From a virus, in IMG/VR virus record IMGVR_UViG_3300047510_001668, positions 32,001 through 96,000 of that record: a stretch of DNA of 64,000 nt; one strand, given 5' to 3'. This document shows, one piece after another, positions 48,092 through 56,653 of the stretch (its first letter is position 1; each line of letters begins with the position of its first letter). The notes below the pieces were generated by a model. That model ran no database searches. It was given only the letters and a program-made list of their open reading frames with translations, and was not told the DNA's origin. A program made the position numbers and the translations under genes.

Positions 48092-49399
48092 CTACTTGAT
48101 ATCAATGGAAACATCTGCATCAGTTTTATCTTCACGAAGTTCAAGGAACACTGGCAGAAACAAGCTGGTTTGTCCAGTTTTTTTGTCCTGAATCTTGGCA
48201 TTGTACTTCACTGCCACCACCTTGCCCACCGTGTTCTCCTTGGTATATTTATCTCGTTGCTCGTCCGTGAAGCCAGAGCCCACGTTCACTTTCACCTCAC
48301 CATCAGCAGATGTCAGCACCAAGGCACCCAACTTGCCTACATTCTTGCCAGTTCCTTCCTGCCAACCCATACATAGCAAATCACATTCCAATTCTCCCTT
48401 GAATTTCACTTGATGCTTCACTCGCTTGTCTTCCCAAGGAGCATTGATGTCCTTCAGAATGATGCCTTCTTCACCCTTACTGAAATATTCCTGAAACAAC
48501 ACCTGGGCTTCATCTTCATTTTCCACCTTGATGTTGGCAATCAATGAGACACGATTAGGCATCTCCAGTGCCAATTCTTCAAGAACACCAAAACGTTTTT
48601 CGTAAGTTGTGGCGGAGAATCCCTTTTGAAAATCCGAAAAGGGAACAACATCCCAAATTGTGGCATGAACCATGTTGGCTTCTCGGTCCGAGATGGTGCC
48701 TTTCACTGCCTTGTTCAAGATGCCATTACCCTTCTGCCTATTCATGATTCCCATACCATCCATCACCACCAATTCACCATCAAACACCGCAGGATATGAA
48801 AGATGGTTAGCTAACGCCAAGAATTCCTGCTCCAGATGTCCAAGTAAATCAATCTGTTTACCGTTACGTGAACGAAACTCCACGCCACCATTTTTCACAA
48901 TGGCATTGAATCGCATCCCATCCAGCTTCAACTGCACATAGGCAGGATAGGACATCTTGGCCATCACCTTTTCATCAAAGCCGGATGCCAACATCACAGG
49001 ATAGGTGGGAATCAACCCAGGCCAAATCTTGTTCACCGTGGCATCAGACACTCCACAGCGTAAATCCTTTTCAATGATGCGTTCCACCACCTTGGCATCA
49101 TCGGCAGTGACACTTTCCAAAATGATTTTCAAATGACTGATGGCAGCATTACCTGTGACCACACGCTTGCTAATTTTATCTAAATTGTCTAAAGCACCCT
49201 CCAGCGCCATGGTACCTTTGGTGTGTTCTAGAGTTCTGTTGATGTAGGCAGGAATCTTTCGAATGTAAAATTGCGTGTAAGGATCCAAAGCCAGAAACAA
49301 CACACGCTGAAGCGTCAGGTTGTGTTCATTCTGCTTCAAGATGTGTTCCTTCTCCAAACGGCTTGAGGTGTTTGCTAAAGCACGAAAAATAGATTCCAT
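48092..49399 (-). CDS. gp30: ATP-dependent DNA ligase
   Basis: QLKLDGMR (KxDG), FDGEL, EGIILK, KFK, GKLGAL, VGSGF, LFLPVF. Confidence 0.95.
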   Translation of the reverse strand: MESIFRALANTSSRLEKEHILKQNEHNLTLQRVLFLALDPYTQFYIRKIPAYINRTLEHTKGTMALEGALDNLDKISKRVVTGNAAISHLKIILESVTADDAKVVERIIEKDLRCGVSDATVNKIWPGLIPTYPVMLASGFDEKVMAKMSYPAYVQLKLDGMRFNAIVKNGGVEFRSRNGKQIDLLGHLEQEFLALANHLSYPAVFDGELVVMDGMGIMNRQKGNGILNKAVKGTISDREANMVHATIWDVVPFSDFQKGFSATTYEKRFGVLEELALEMPNRVSLIANIKVENEDEAQVLFQEYFSKGEEGIILKDINAPWEDKRVKHQVKFKGELECDLLCMGWQEGTGKNVGKLGALVLTSADGEVKVNVGSGFTDEQRDKYTKENTVGKVVAVKYNAKIQDKKTGQTSLFLPVFLELREDKTDADVSIDIK

Positions 49400-49421
49400 G
49401 ACTTCCTCCTGGTTATGCTAT

Positions 49422-49457
49422 AATATAGCAAAATCCCTCACTTTTGTCAAGTGAGGG
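49422..49457 (-). promoter_or_regulatory. Sigma70 promoter TTGACA-N17-TATATT overlapped by hairpin ATCCCTCACT-N7-AGTGAGGGAT
   Basis: The -35 hexamer lies in the loop of a probable guaC terminator. Confidence 0.8.
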
Positions 49458-49469
49458 ATGAAAATCACA

Positions 49470-50489
49470 TCAACGAATGGTGTAATTTTCCAAACTGGTG
49501 TTCAATTGTCTGTTCACTTGTATGAATTGTGCCTTGTGAGTCATTTCAGACACGTTGTTGGCACCAATATAGGCACAAGTGGAACGAATTCCTCCCAAAA
49601 TGTCAGAAATGGTGTGTTCCACCAGGCCCTTGTACGGGATTTGCACCACTCTACCTTCAGAAGCACGATATTTCTTCACTTGATTGTGTCGCTGTTGGGC
49701 TGCATGACTGCTCATCCCGTAAAAAGTGACTTTTCCATCACGAATTTCCTGTTCCGACTCATCATGACCGGCAAAAATACTGCCGGCCATCACCATTTTG
49801 GCTCCCACAGCTAAAGCTTTTGAGAAATCTCCGGGAAAAACACATCCTCCATCACTTTGCACCCCACCTCCCACCTCTTCAGCGGCAGGAACACACTCCA
49901 TGAGGGCGGAAAATTGAGGATATCCCACACCTGCCACACGCCGAGTGGTGCAAACAGCGCCAGTCCCGATGCCAACCCGAGCCAAATCAGCTCCAGATGT
50001 GATGCAACGTTGAACTGCTTCAGGTGTCACCACGGTTCCTGCCATGATGAAGGCATCTGGAACACATTCTCTGACCTTTTCAATGAAATCATAGAAAGAA
50101 TTCATGTATCCATTAGCCACATCAATGACAATTTTCGGTGTGAAGTTGGAAATTCTGTCCTTCCAGGTACTAATAATGGCATCTGCTTGGTTCAATTCAC
50201 CATCATTCATGCCAATGGTGATGAACGCATGGCTGACATCCTGTTGATGTACCCAATCTGCCAAGGTGTGATGCTTGGTGATGGCAGTAAATGCACCGAA
50301 TTTCTTCAAGGCATGATGCATGCTGAACGTCCCCACACCATCCATGTTGGCAGCAATCACAGGAACGCCAGTGATGGATGCTCCCCAACGACCTGAAATT
50401 GTTGTGGACACATCCACCTGGCTTCTGGAAGTGATATCCGAGAAATGTGGAACTATCAACACATCATTGAAATCCAACTTCACCGACAT
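49470..50489 (-). CDS. guaC: GMP reductase
   Basis: LDFNDVLIVP, IAANMDGVG, IDVANGY, VGIGTGAVCTTR, GYPQFSA, SDGGC, GHDESE, ASEGR. Confidence 0.93.
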   Translation of the reverse strand: MSVKLDFNDVLIVPHFSDITSRSQVDVSTTISGRWGASITGVPVIAANMDGVGTFSMHHALKKFGAFTAITKHHTLADWVHQQDVSHAFITIGMNDGELNQADAIISTWKDRISNFTPKIVIDVANGYMNSFYDFIEKVRECVPDAFIMAGTVVTPEAVQRCITSGADLARVGIGTGAVCTTRRVAGVGYPQFSALMECVPAAEEVGGGVQSDGGCVFPGDFSKALAVGAKMVMAGSIFAGHDESEQEIRDGKVTFYGMSSHAAQQRHNQVKKYRASEGRVVQIPYKGLVEHTISDILGGIRSTCAYIGANNVSEMTHKAQFIQVNRQLNTSLENYTIR

Positions 50490-50492
50490 GGA

Positions 50493-50753
50493 TTATGCCT
50501 TCTTGGCTACAGTTTCATACAAAGATTCAAAATCCTTGTGAAGCTCCACTTCCTCGCTGTAGTTACCCTTGTGATAGGTCTTAGCCAACTTGTTCAGCAC
50601 TTTGCGATTCAGTTGCAAGTCATCACATAGATCCTTCTTCACGTTCTTAATCAAGTCACGCTCTGCCTCCATGCGTGTCATGCTGGCAGAAATTTCTTTC
50701 AACCCGTCAAGCAGTTTCAGCTTATCTGCTGGGGTGGTGGGAAAGGGTGTCAT
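50493..50753 (-). CDS. dsbA: T4 DsbA-like dsDNA-binding transcription regulator
   Basis: LKEIS.SM...EAERDLIK, LNKLAKTYHK, FESLYE; start trimmed to MTPF at 50753. Confidence 0.75.
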   Translation of the reverse strand: MTPFPTTPADKLKLLDGLKEISASMTRMEAERDLIKNVKKDLCDDLQLNRKVLNKLAKTYHKGNYSEEVELHKDFESLYETVAKKA

Positions 50754-51237
50754 ACAATCTCCATGAATAAAAATGTTCACCTGGGTCTTTCTTTCGACTT
50801 TTCGGATAGGCCACATCTGAATGACCCAGGATGGGTTTATCTCGGCTATCCGGATACCTCATATTAATATAATTCTTCAGTAATGTCAAGGCCTGATACT
50901 GTTCTTCCGTATACGGTAAAAAATTTGTCCCTTGTAAGCAAACACCGATACTGAAAGTATTCCAATCGTTTATTCCATTCCACAAGGAACGTCCTGCGTG
51001 AAGTGCCACGTACTTCAAATCTTTCCATTGGTGTATTTCTCCATTTCGTGTAATGAAAAAATGATAGGCCAATCTTCTTCTTTGTAACACATAACGTGTG
51101 GCTTTGGCACTTAACCCAGCACCATCGTTATGTATCACAATGTAATTACGTGTGGTGTCACGTAATGTTTTACCCGGCAAGAAATTCTTTGTTACCAGTG
51201 GTGCTTGTAGTTGTAGTGCTAGTAGTAGTGTTAGCAT
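50722..51237 (-). CDS. N-acetylmuramoyl-L-alanine amidase (Amidase_2) with hydrophobic N-terminus
   Basis: IVIH, AYHF.I..NG.I, ALHAG, SIGV, GHSDV, RKKDPG. Confidence 0.88.
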   Translation of the reverse strand: MLTLLLALQLQAPLVTKNFLPGKTLRDTTRNYIVIHNDGAGLSAKATRYVLQRRRLAYHFFITRNGEIHQWKDLKYVALHAGRSLWNGINDWNTFSIGVCLQGTNFLPYTEEQYQALTLLKNYINMRYPDSRDKPILGHSDVAYPKSRKKDPGEHFYSWRLYDTLSHHPSR

Positions 51238-51427
51238 GGAGTTTCTCCTGGTCTGGTATGATGAACCATGCTATAAAATATCCCACCACAGCAGGAAACG
51301 GTGTCCAGATGGCAAGTACCCATAAGAACCGAATCAGTGTGACATCTGCATCCAACATTTCACTTAACCCAGCACAAACACCACCTAACTTACCTTCCTT
51401 GCTGATTCGATACCACCGTTTCTTCAT
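51170..51427 (-). CDS. pspC: PspC domain membrane protein
   Basis: KLGGVCAGLSE.LD.DVT.IRFLW...YFIAW.IIP. Confidence 0.88.
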   Translation of the reverse strand: MKKRWYRISKEGKLGGVCAGLSEMLDADVTLIRFLWVLAIWTPFPAVVGYFIAWFIIPDQEKLHANTTTSTTTTSTTGNKEFLAG

Positions 51428-52320
51428 ACTACCTCCAGATATTTGAAGTATGCCAGTTCCTTGGCTTTAGTTTCCAAATCCACATCTATATTTAGACCGA
51501 AATCATCAATTTTCACAAAGGCATAATCAGAATGAGCACGGGGATTGCCATTTACATTTTCATTCAAGTTTTTGCTTTCACTGTAATGAAACAATGGCGT
51601 GGTGTCCCAAGTGGATGCTGCCAAAGCAGCAGCTTCATCAGATGCCAATCCATCAGGGTGAAAGGTGTGATGGAAATAATCAAATGTGATGGGTGTCTTG
51701 ATTCGTGAATAGATGTGTTGATACAACTGATTCACAGAGAAGGAATTGGCCTTGTCATCATTCTCCACCACCAGACGTTGTTGTGTAGCACTGTTCAGGT
51801 TCTGAAATTGTTCACAGAACTTGTCAACCACATCCTGAGAATAGTTCATACCCACATGAATGTTCAAGGGATAGTAATGGCTCACGGGAATCCCCATCAT
51901 GGAAAACAACAGATTGTGATGATGTAGATTTTTGAGGCTACGTTTCACCACCTCAGGCTTGCTGGATGCCAGTTTCACAAAGTGGTCAGGATGAAAGCTC
52001 ACACGCATGCCACTTGCCATGATGACTTCACCTGCCTCACGCAATGCCAACAGGATGTGTTGGTAATCTGGTAAATCTGTTTCCTTGTATTCCTCGAACC
52101 AGGGAAAGATGTTGCTGCCAATTCGAAACACCCGAACATCATTCTGAACATTCCATTTCAGAATCTTCACCAGGTCCTGTGCATTCTGTAAAGTAAGCAA
52201 GGACGTCCGTTCCAGTTTCGTGTCCTGACGGAACGAAGCCTGACGTAACGTCCTGCCTGTGGTGATTTTCTGTTTGCCTAGTGTCAGATTGATACAGCAG
52301 TACCCAACTTGATGTGGCAT
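51424..52320 (-). CDS. uvsE: UV-damage endonuclease
   Basis: GYCCIN, FRIGSNIFP, SFHPDHF.KL.S, NIHVG, LVVENDD, FDYFHH, HYSE, AHSDY, ETKAKE. Confidence 0.93.
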   Translation of the reverse strand: MPHQVGYCCINLTLGKQKITTGRTLRQASFRQDTKLERTSLLTLQNAQDLVKILKWNVQNDVRVFRIGSNIFPWFEEYKETDLPDYQHILLALREAGEVIMASGMRVSFHPDHFVKLASSKPEVVKRSLKNLHHHNLLFSMMGIPVSHYYPLNIHVGMNYSQDVVDKFCEQFQNLNSATQQRLVVENDDKANSFSVNQLYQHIYSRIKTPITFDYFHHTFHPDGLASDEAAALAASTWDTTPLFHYSESKNLNENVNGNPRAHSDYAFVKIDDFGLNIDVDLETKAKELAYFKYLEVV

Positions 52321-52345
52321 AACACCTCACTTGAAGTCATACTGT

Positions 52346-52374
52346 AATATGACACTTGTTACCAGAAAAGTCAA
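52346..52374 (-). promoter_or_regulatory. Sigma70 promoter TTGACT-N17-CATATT
   Basis: Upstream of uvsE. Confidence 0.6.
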
Positions 52375-52377
52375 GTC

Positions 52378-52470
52378 CTACCGCTTTCTCCTGTTGGAAC
52401 GCACCTTGCGTTTCTTGCTACCAATTTTTCTACGACCACGGCGCGGACGATTCTTATGCGGGTGTGGCAT
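52378..52470 (-). CDS. 30-aa Arg/Lys-rich peptide
   Basis: Manual translation MPHPHKNRPRRGRRKIGSKKRKVRSNRRKR; SD AAGGAG. Confidence 0.65.
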   Translation of the reverse strand: MPHPHKNRPRRGRRKIGSKKRKVRSNRRKR

Positions 52471-52508
52471 AATTTACTCCTTGACGGGTGGCTTGTTCTT
52501 TAAGTGCC

Positions 52509-52778
52509 TCAACATGCTGTCCACTCAATTGGGTTGCCATCTTCATCCACTCTGGGAAATTCTGTTGAGTTATCTTCACTTCGTTTGGGTGTATCATATA
52601 ATCCTATCTCCTGTGATAATGCAGTTAATTCATTTGCTGATTTATATGTATCTGTGTTTGGTAATCCACTATATTCACACATTTTTTCTTGTTTTCCAAA
52701 AATTTTATCCCAATTATCATCAAACTGCTGTTTCTTCACATTCATGGGTCGGGGTGCATCTCCTTTGCCGTTCATCAT
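52509..52778 (-). CDS. Hypothetical protein
   Basis: ORF track; start overlaps the upstream stop. Confidence 0.65.
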   Translation of the reverse strand: MMNGKGDAPRPMNVKKQQFDDNWDKIFGKQEKMCEYSGLPNTDTYKSANELTALSQEIGLYDTPKRSEDNSTEFPRVDEDGNPIEWTAC

Positions 52779-53017
52779 GCCCTCTTAATCATGTTGTTCC
52801 AACTGACATCAAAAATGAAATACAACAATGTCTTGCCGAAAAATTCAAATGCCGACACTCCTATACTTATACCAAGATTCTGTGTCACCACCAGGGTGAG
52901 AAGAAATGTGATGCTCACGGAATAGAAGCGATAGATTATCGCCTTGGCCAACAACACACGATTGCTCAAATAGCGTTGGCTCAGAAACAAACGAATGGTT
53001 GCCTTCAGCCTTCTCAT
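52775..53017 (-). CDS. DUF2061-like small membrane protein
   Basis: KAIIYR...FEF..KT.LYFIFD..W; ATGA overlap with the purA stop. Confidence 0.7.
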   Translation of the reverse strand: MRRLKATIRLFLSQRYLSNRVLLAKAIIYRFYSVSITFLLTLVVTQNLGISIGVSAFEFFGKTLLYFIFDVSWNNMIKRA

Positions 53018-54042
53018 ACCTGCTCCGGACTGGTGGACCAGGTGATGGAATGCAATTCTGGACGATAATGCCATCGAATGGTGTCTTCCACAAATCTCTT
53101 GAATTGTGTTAGGGTGTCGAACAGATGGCGTGTGCCTCGAAACACCACACCAAACTTTCCCACCTGTTCCATGACATCCACTTTGTTGATGATGAGGTCT
53201 GTGACATCATTGATGTACATGGCTTGAATCACACCATCCAGATGCATCCAACGCACCTGACGCTTTCTGCCTGTAGTGGCACCAAACTCCTGGCCTGCTT
53301 CCTGAATCTTGTCCAGCACCTCCTGGTCACCTTTGTCATTGAATGTCTTGAATCCAGAATAGGTTTCATAGGCCTTCATCACACCATACACCTTTCTCCA
53401 GGTTCTGGGAGGGATGCCATTCAACGCCACGGCACCTGAGGTGCAATGTGAGCTGGTGACATAGGGATAATCACCCCAATCAATGTCAATCTGAAATCCC
53501 TGAGCTCCTTCACACAACACCGTCATCTCACGGTTGTCACCATGAAAATAGCTGTAGGTGTCAATCATGTCATAGGGAATGTCCCAGCTGTTGTATTTCA
53601 ACACCTCTTTGATTCTGGTGCCAGTTCTGCCATACTTGTCACGATAGGTGGGCCCAATCCCTTGTCGAGTGGTGCCAATCTTGGTGTCTGTGCCATCTTC
53701 CTGAAGGTGTTTGTCCTGAGTGACATGGCATCTGGCATCCACCATCATGGGAGCTGAGAATCCCAGCTTCTCCAGCATCTCCAGTTCCTCACGAAGCTTG
53801 GGAAGATGCACCACACAGCCAATGCCAATCACGCTGGGGATGTTGTAGAACACACCCACAGGCACCTGATGAGTCACCACCTTCTGCCCTTGGTGATAGA
53901 TGGTGTGGCCAGCGTTGGCGCCGCCATTGTATCGGAGCACCGCATCATAGTTGTTGTTCTTGGCCAACCAATGAGCCACTTTACCTTTGCCAGTGTCTCC
54001 TGCCTGGAGATCCACCACAATGTCTGCATGACGAATCATCAT
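53014..54042 (-). CDS. purA: Adenylosuccinate synthetase (short PurA)
   Basis: GDTGKGK, GGANAGHT, IGTTRQGIGP.Y.DK, EGAQG, YPYVTSS, EFGATTGRKR, NKVD. Confidence 0.9.
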   Translation of the reverse strand: MMIRHADIVVDLQAGDTGKGKVAHWLAKNNNYDAVLRYNGGANAGHTIYHQGQKVVTHQVPVGVFYNIPSVIGIGCVVHLPKLREELEMLEKLGFSAPMMVDARCHVTQDKHLQEDGTDTKIGTTRQGIGPTYRDKYGRTGTRIKEVLKYNSWDIPYDMIDTYSYFHGDNREMTVLCEGAQGFQIDIDWGDYPYVTSSHCTSGAVALNGIPPRTWRKVYGVMKAYETYSGFKTFNDKGDQEVLDKIQEAGQEFGATTGRKRQVRWMHLDGVIQAMYINDVTDLIINKVDVMEQVGKFGVVFRGTRHLFDTLTQFKRFVEDTIRWHYRPELHSITWSTSPEQV

Positions 54043-54251
54043 CTACCTCGGTTCACGAAACGTGACAATGTATGAACAGCTTCTTTATTTTCTGGACGAA
54101 CAAACACCACTCTACCTGCCGTCTTGTGGTCATACACCATGGCACCCACATACTTCTGCACACCTGAACATGTCACACAGGTTTGTGTGTCAGGGAGCAC
54201 ATCCAAGCGAGATTGTGGGATACCAGACTTGCACCGAGCACATGTTCGCAT
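54039..54251 (-). CDS. DksA/TraR-type C4 zinc-finger protein
   Basis: CARCKSGIPQSRLDVLPDTQTCVTC fits CxxC..IP..RL..LP....CxxC. Confidence 0.75.
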   Translation of the reverse strand: MRTCARCKSGIPQSRLDVLPDTQTCVTCSGVQKYVGAMVYDHKTAGRVVFVRPENKEAVHTLSRFVNRGR

Positions 54252-54277
54252 ACATCCTCCTGAAAGGGTACAGGAGT

Positions 54278-54306
54278 AATATACTATCTGGGAGGGGCGT
54301 TGTCAA
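54278..54306 (-). promoter_or_regulatory. Sigma70 promoter TTGACA-N17-TATATT
   Basis: Upstream of the Zn-finger/purA operon. Confidence 0.8.
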
Positions 54307-55372
54307 GTTGTTCCAGATTTTTAGCGTTACCACCTAGCAGTTTGATGGGCATGATACCCACACGAACATCTGGATAGGATTTTTCATCCACTTCAAACTT
54401 TCTACCAGAACCAAAACGAGCACCCAGAATGGCCTTGTAGCTGCCAGTTTTGAAATGTGAAATGTCTGTGGAGAAGGATGAGGCGGCCGCCGAGAAGGAC
54501 AAAGCATGCACCTTGCCACGTGGTTGAAGAATGGGATTGCCTTGGGCAATCATGTTCACGTTGTCGGTGTTTCTGTTTCTGGCACTGAATTCTGGACCAT
54601 ACACCGCCTTGCCAATCAATTCATCATCCTGAATGCTCATGAAGAAGCGTTCTCGGGCATCCAGAATTCTTCCATGCACCTGTGCCAGCATACGCAGAAA
54701 CTTCAGCACCTCGGGATGTTCACTGATGGCACCTGGCATCTTGCCATCTGCCTCACGGCTGATACCAGAATACTGTTGGAAGCCACTGGCATCTGTTCCC
54801 AGCTTGTGAGACAGGAAATACACATTCTGAAATTTCTTTTTCTGTGGGTGGAAGGTGACCAGCGCCACGTCCGCTTTGGGTGTGCCTGCCACTTTGTTGG
54901 CACCATAGATGTTCTTCAGAATCTTTCCTCCGATGCTCACATCAATGGGAGATTCCATGTGGGCAATGTATTGATTGATGTCCTGCAACACCATGAGTTC
55001 TCCCCGTTCTGTGGCAGTGGGGGCATTCAACTTGTAGCTGACATCCAGATGATGCATGCGATGCAACAAGCCATGCACCTGTTCTCCAGCTGGTGCACTG
55101 CTGATGACACCCTTCATCTTGCCACCAAACTCAGGTGTTTTCTGAAGCTGGTTGAGCTTGATGCCTTGTGCCTGGTCCGTGACCAGTATCACCTGGTTCA
55201 AGGCTTTCACATCTCGCTTCATCACCAGGTGCACCACATGTTGTTGAGGCATCAGCACCACTTGTTGATGATCCATGGTGGTGAAGGGCTGATGATTCTG
55301 ATATTTCTTCAGAAACACATCCACTCGCCAATCATACTTGAACAGCTCCGTGGGGCGTAAGTCAGATGCCAT
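54284..55372 (-). CDS. Hypothetical protein with possible PD-(D/E)XK-like nuclease core
   Basis: TPKADVALV...YFLSHK...FQQYSG. Confidence 0.45.
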   Translation of the reverse strand: MASDLRPTELFKYDWRVDVFLKKYQNHQPFTTMDHQQVVLMPQQHVVHLVMKRDVKALNQVILVTDQAQGIKLNQLQKTPEFGGKMKGVISSAPAGEQVHGLLHRMHHLDVSYKLNAPTATERGELMVLQDINQYIAHMESPIDVSIGGKILKNIYGANKVAGTPKADVALVTFHPQKKKFQNVYFLSHKLGTDASGFQQYSGISREADGKMPGAISEHPEVLKFLRMLAQVHGRILDARERFFMSIQDDELIGKAVYGPEFSARNRNTDNVNMIAQGNPILQPRGKVHALSFSAAASSFSTDISHFKTGSYKAILGARFGSGRKFEVDEKSYPDVRVGIMPIKLLGGNAKNLEQLDNAPPR

Positions 55373-56004
55373 CAGCCATCACCCTGGATGATGTCATAGT
55401 AGAAACGATTGCTATCTTCCATGGTGTATTTGGGATGATTCTCCACACGATACACCTGATGATTAATCAAACGTTGCACCACCAGATCCTGTTTCACCGT
55501 GAAGCTGGGGTCAAAGAAACGCATTCTGTTGTTGGGTTGTATGGCGAAATGGCCGGAATCCAACTTCACGACATGACCACATTTATGATTGTCAGGGGTC
55601 TCGCTGTAGCCAAAACGCAGCTCGTTGTAATCTCCCTGAGCCCAATCCAGGGTGAACAGGTATTCTCCTGAATGTTTCTGATTGTCTCGGTCATAGTACA
55701 TGCAGGTCAAGCCGCTCAAGGCGGCAAACGTGGTGACAGCAATGTTGTAGCTGAAGTTGTTCCAGAGTTGCAACTGTGACAATTCTCGGTGTTCACATGG
55801 CTTCCAGCATAACGCACTCACAGGCACACCCCACCAGATGCCTCCATCTTCCATCAGGATGGTGAACAGGGTGGCTTCCCCGGGCCGGGAAATCACTCCA
55901 AAGGCAATGCAGGGGTGGAATTCCCCATGGCCATGTTCATGATTCTGAAGATATTCTGCCCGAACCAGGCAGCTTATCACGGGTATGTTGCAGTTCAGGT
56001 ACAT
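55372..56004 (-). CDS. Conserved hypothetical phage protein
   Basis: MYLNCNIP...CLVRAEYL...MEDGGIWW..P.SALC; start could extend to 56103. Confidence 0.6.
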   Translation of the reverse strand: MYLNCNIPVISCLVRAEYLQNHEHGHGEFHPCIAFGVISRPGEATLFTILMEDGGIWWGVPVSALCWKPCEHRELSQLQLWNNFSYNIAVTTFAALSGLTCMYYDRDNQKHSGEYLFTLDWAQGDYNELRFGYSETPDNHKCGHVVKLDSGHFAIQPNNRMRFFDPSFTVKQDLVVQRLINHQVYRVENHPKYTMEDSNRFYYDIIQGDG

Positions 56005-56117
56005 GCAGCACCACCTCATCTCGGTGTATTCTGCCAGCAGTCCCCATGACCATCCTGGCATCATGCAATCCAAAACGTCGAGCCTCAGCCACCGTCTTGG
56101 CATACACTATCGTGGAA

Positions 56118-56125
56118 TATTTATA
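56118..56125 (-). promoter_or_regulatory. T4 late promoter
   Basis: Exact TATAAATA. Confidence 0.6.
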
Positions 56126-56174
56126 GTGGGCAGTGAAGCAGGTGTAAACATAGCAGTTTCGTTGATTACGCATA

Positions 56175-56336
56175 TCAGACCCCCAGGAAATAACGAACAG
56201 GAACAATGATAATCATGATGATGCTGACCCAGAGCATGGTGCAGATGCAGAACCAGATGATGGCGAGCATTCTGGGTGAAAGCTGAGGGACCTGAATGAA
56301 CATCATCAGAGTGAGAAACAGAACAATGATGGGCAT
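56175..56336 (-). CDS. Small hydrophobic membrane protein
   Basis: MPIIVLFLTLMMFI...WVSIIMIIIVPVRY. Confidence 0.4.
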   Translation of the reverse strand: MPIIVLFLTLMMFIQVPQLSPRMLAIIWFCICTMLWVSIIMIIIVPVRYFLGV

Positions 56337-56469
56337 GTGGAAAGGGGTTTTCATGGAAAAATTGCGCAGAAAAAAATTTCTATTGGAGAATTTCAGAAAT
56401 GGAGCAGAATTCCATGGTTGGGATCCCAAGGGAACCAGCCTGGGAGGGGTTTATGTCGTCCTCATGATG

Positions 56470-56501
56470 AAACCCGACTAGAGATTTCCATAGTCGGGTT
56501 T
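56470..56501. terminator. 11-bp inverted repeat/terminator at the end of the early operon
   Basis: AAACCCGACTA-N10-TAGTCGGGTTT. Confidence 0.7.
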
Positions 56502-56511
56502 TCAGGTGTTG

Positions 56512-56652
56512 CTATGTGACAGGGTGCTGACTGGCCAACACCTGGGCCAGTTCCAGCTCCAGCATCAGCTTCTGCTTCAGTAGGTGCTGCCTCTCCACTT
56601 CCAAACGCTGATATTTCTCTAGTTCCTTCTGTAGCATCTGTAGGGGTTGCAT
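56512..56652 (-). CDS. Small coiled-coil hypothetical protein
   Basis: MQPLQMLQKELEKYQRLE... Confidence 0.5.
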   Translation of the reverse strand: MQPLQMLQKELEKYQRLEVERQHLLKQKLMLELELAQVLASQHPVT

Positions 56653-56653
56653 G

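Noticed and set aside
53014-54042. PurZ (2-aminoadenine Z-genome) assignment
   Set aside because: It retains the catalytic Asp (GDTGKG versus PurZ GSTGKG), GGANAGHT and GATTGRKR of PurA, and no datZ or mazZ is adjacent.
56360-56385. Similarity of AAATTTTTTTCTGC here to GATTTTTCTGC near 61252 as inverted ends of a mobile island
   Set aside because: The match is too short and low-complexity, and there is no integrase or target duplication.
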